NCBI GenBank assembly: GCA_963664745.2
Contig: CAXXMC010000004.1
Span: 1,816,484-1,840,483 of the forward strand
DNA from: Phycisphaerae bacterium
GTDB taxonomy: Bacteria; Planctomycetota; Phycisphaerae; SM23-33
Direction: 5' to 3'
DNA length: 24,000 nt
The notes below the pieces were generated by a model. That model was not told the origin of the DNA. It saw nothing but the letters and a program-made list of their open reading frames with translations, and did no database searches. The first letter of the stretch is position 1. The number at the start of each line of letters is the position of its first letter. The translations under genes and the position numbers were made by a program. This document shows, piece by piece, positions 23,520-24,000 of this stretch.

Positions 23520-24000
23520 TTACTCTTTGGCCTGTTCCCGCTTTTTCTTTTCATGCTCGATCCTGGCCAACGAATACTTGGCCGTCTCCTGAACACGAGG
23601 GTTCTTGTCCTTCAGACTTTTAGTAAGAGCTTTTTCAACGTTTTCTTCTGGAAAACCGCCCAGCAATCGTGCGGCGTTAGCCCGCACATTTTCGTTTTCA
23701 TCGGCAGAGACCGCTTTGATGAGTATTGTCACTGCCTGCGGACTCTCGAGACTGACCGTCGCATACAAGGCTCTGATTCTTACGTCAGGGTCCTTGTCAT
23801 TTAGCATGGGGATTATGTGGGGCAGTGCCCTTTTGTCGCCTATCAAGCCCAAGCCGTTGGCAGCGTGCCAACGATCAGACTGATCCTCACTCTTTGAAGC
23901 GGTGACCAGGGCGACTACCGATCGTTTGTCTTTGATTCTCCCCAGAGACATCAACACAATTTTTTTGATGAAGCGGTTTGAAAGTTTCGTAGCTGAGATG
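23520..24000 (-). CDS. HEAT-repeat protein, C-terminal part (ORF stays open to the right edge)
   Basis: PBS-lyase/HEAT-like repeats are present: D..VRIRALYATVSL, ENVRANAARLLGG and NPRVQETAKYSLARI. The frame upstream of the listed GTG 23957 is open to 23999 (..ISATKLSNRFIKKIV), so the gene probably begins beyond the window. Confidence 0.7.
   Translation of the reverse strand, partial: ISATKLSNRFIKKIVLMSLGRIKDKRSVVALVTASKSEDQSDRWHAANGLGLIGDKRALPHIIPMLNDKDPDVRIRALYATVSLESPQAVTILIKAVSADENENVRANAARLLGGFPEENVEKALTKSLKDKNPRVQETAKYSLARIEHEKKKREQAKE

Overview
Most of the window (585-17941) is a minus-strand division/cell-wall (dcw) cluster. Its order is mraZ, a 436-bp gap with a possible 78-aa ORF, rsmH, a LysM membrane protein, a strong intrinsic terminator, an ftsL-like gene, ftsI, murE, murF, mraY, ftsW, murG, murC, murB, ddl and ftsQ. 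The 5' end of a secreted-protein gene follows and runs off the left edge. To the right of mraZ lie a ~223-aa siroheme-type sulfite/nitrite-reductase-like protein, a GT4 glycosyltransferase and a HAMP histidine kinase with a CxxCH motif in its extracytoplasmic domain. Beyond those are a short MerR-type regulator, a divergent two-TM protein, ndk and a truncated HEAT-repeat gene. Three things are unusual. First, murD is absent from the mraY-ftsW junction and from the whole window, and ftsA/ftsZ do not follow ftsQ. Second, five dcw junctions are expanded to about 220-380 bp and filled with shared non-coding modules: 7-bp tandem arrays, a 'cacttcaaaatt..ttcgtcattc' module and a 'ccacagag/cacagatt' module. 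Third, two 163-bp, 94%-identical imperfect palindromes bracket ftsW in direct orientation. A LysM protein and a terminator also split mraZ-rsmH from ftsL-ftsI. The gene content fits a Planctomycetota (Phycisphaerae-like) organism, but that is inference only. I see no CRISPR array, defence island, tRNA/rRNA or autonomous mobile element. The repeat system is the most novel-looking content, and its function is unknown.
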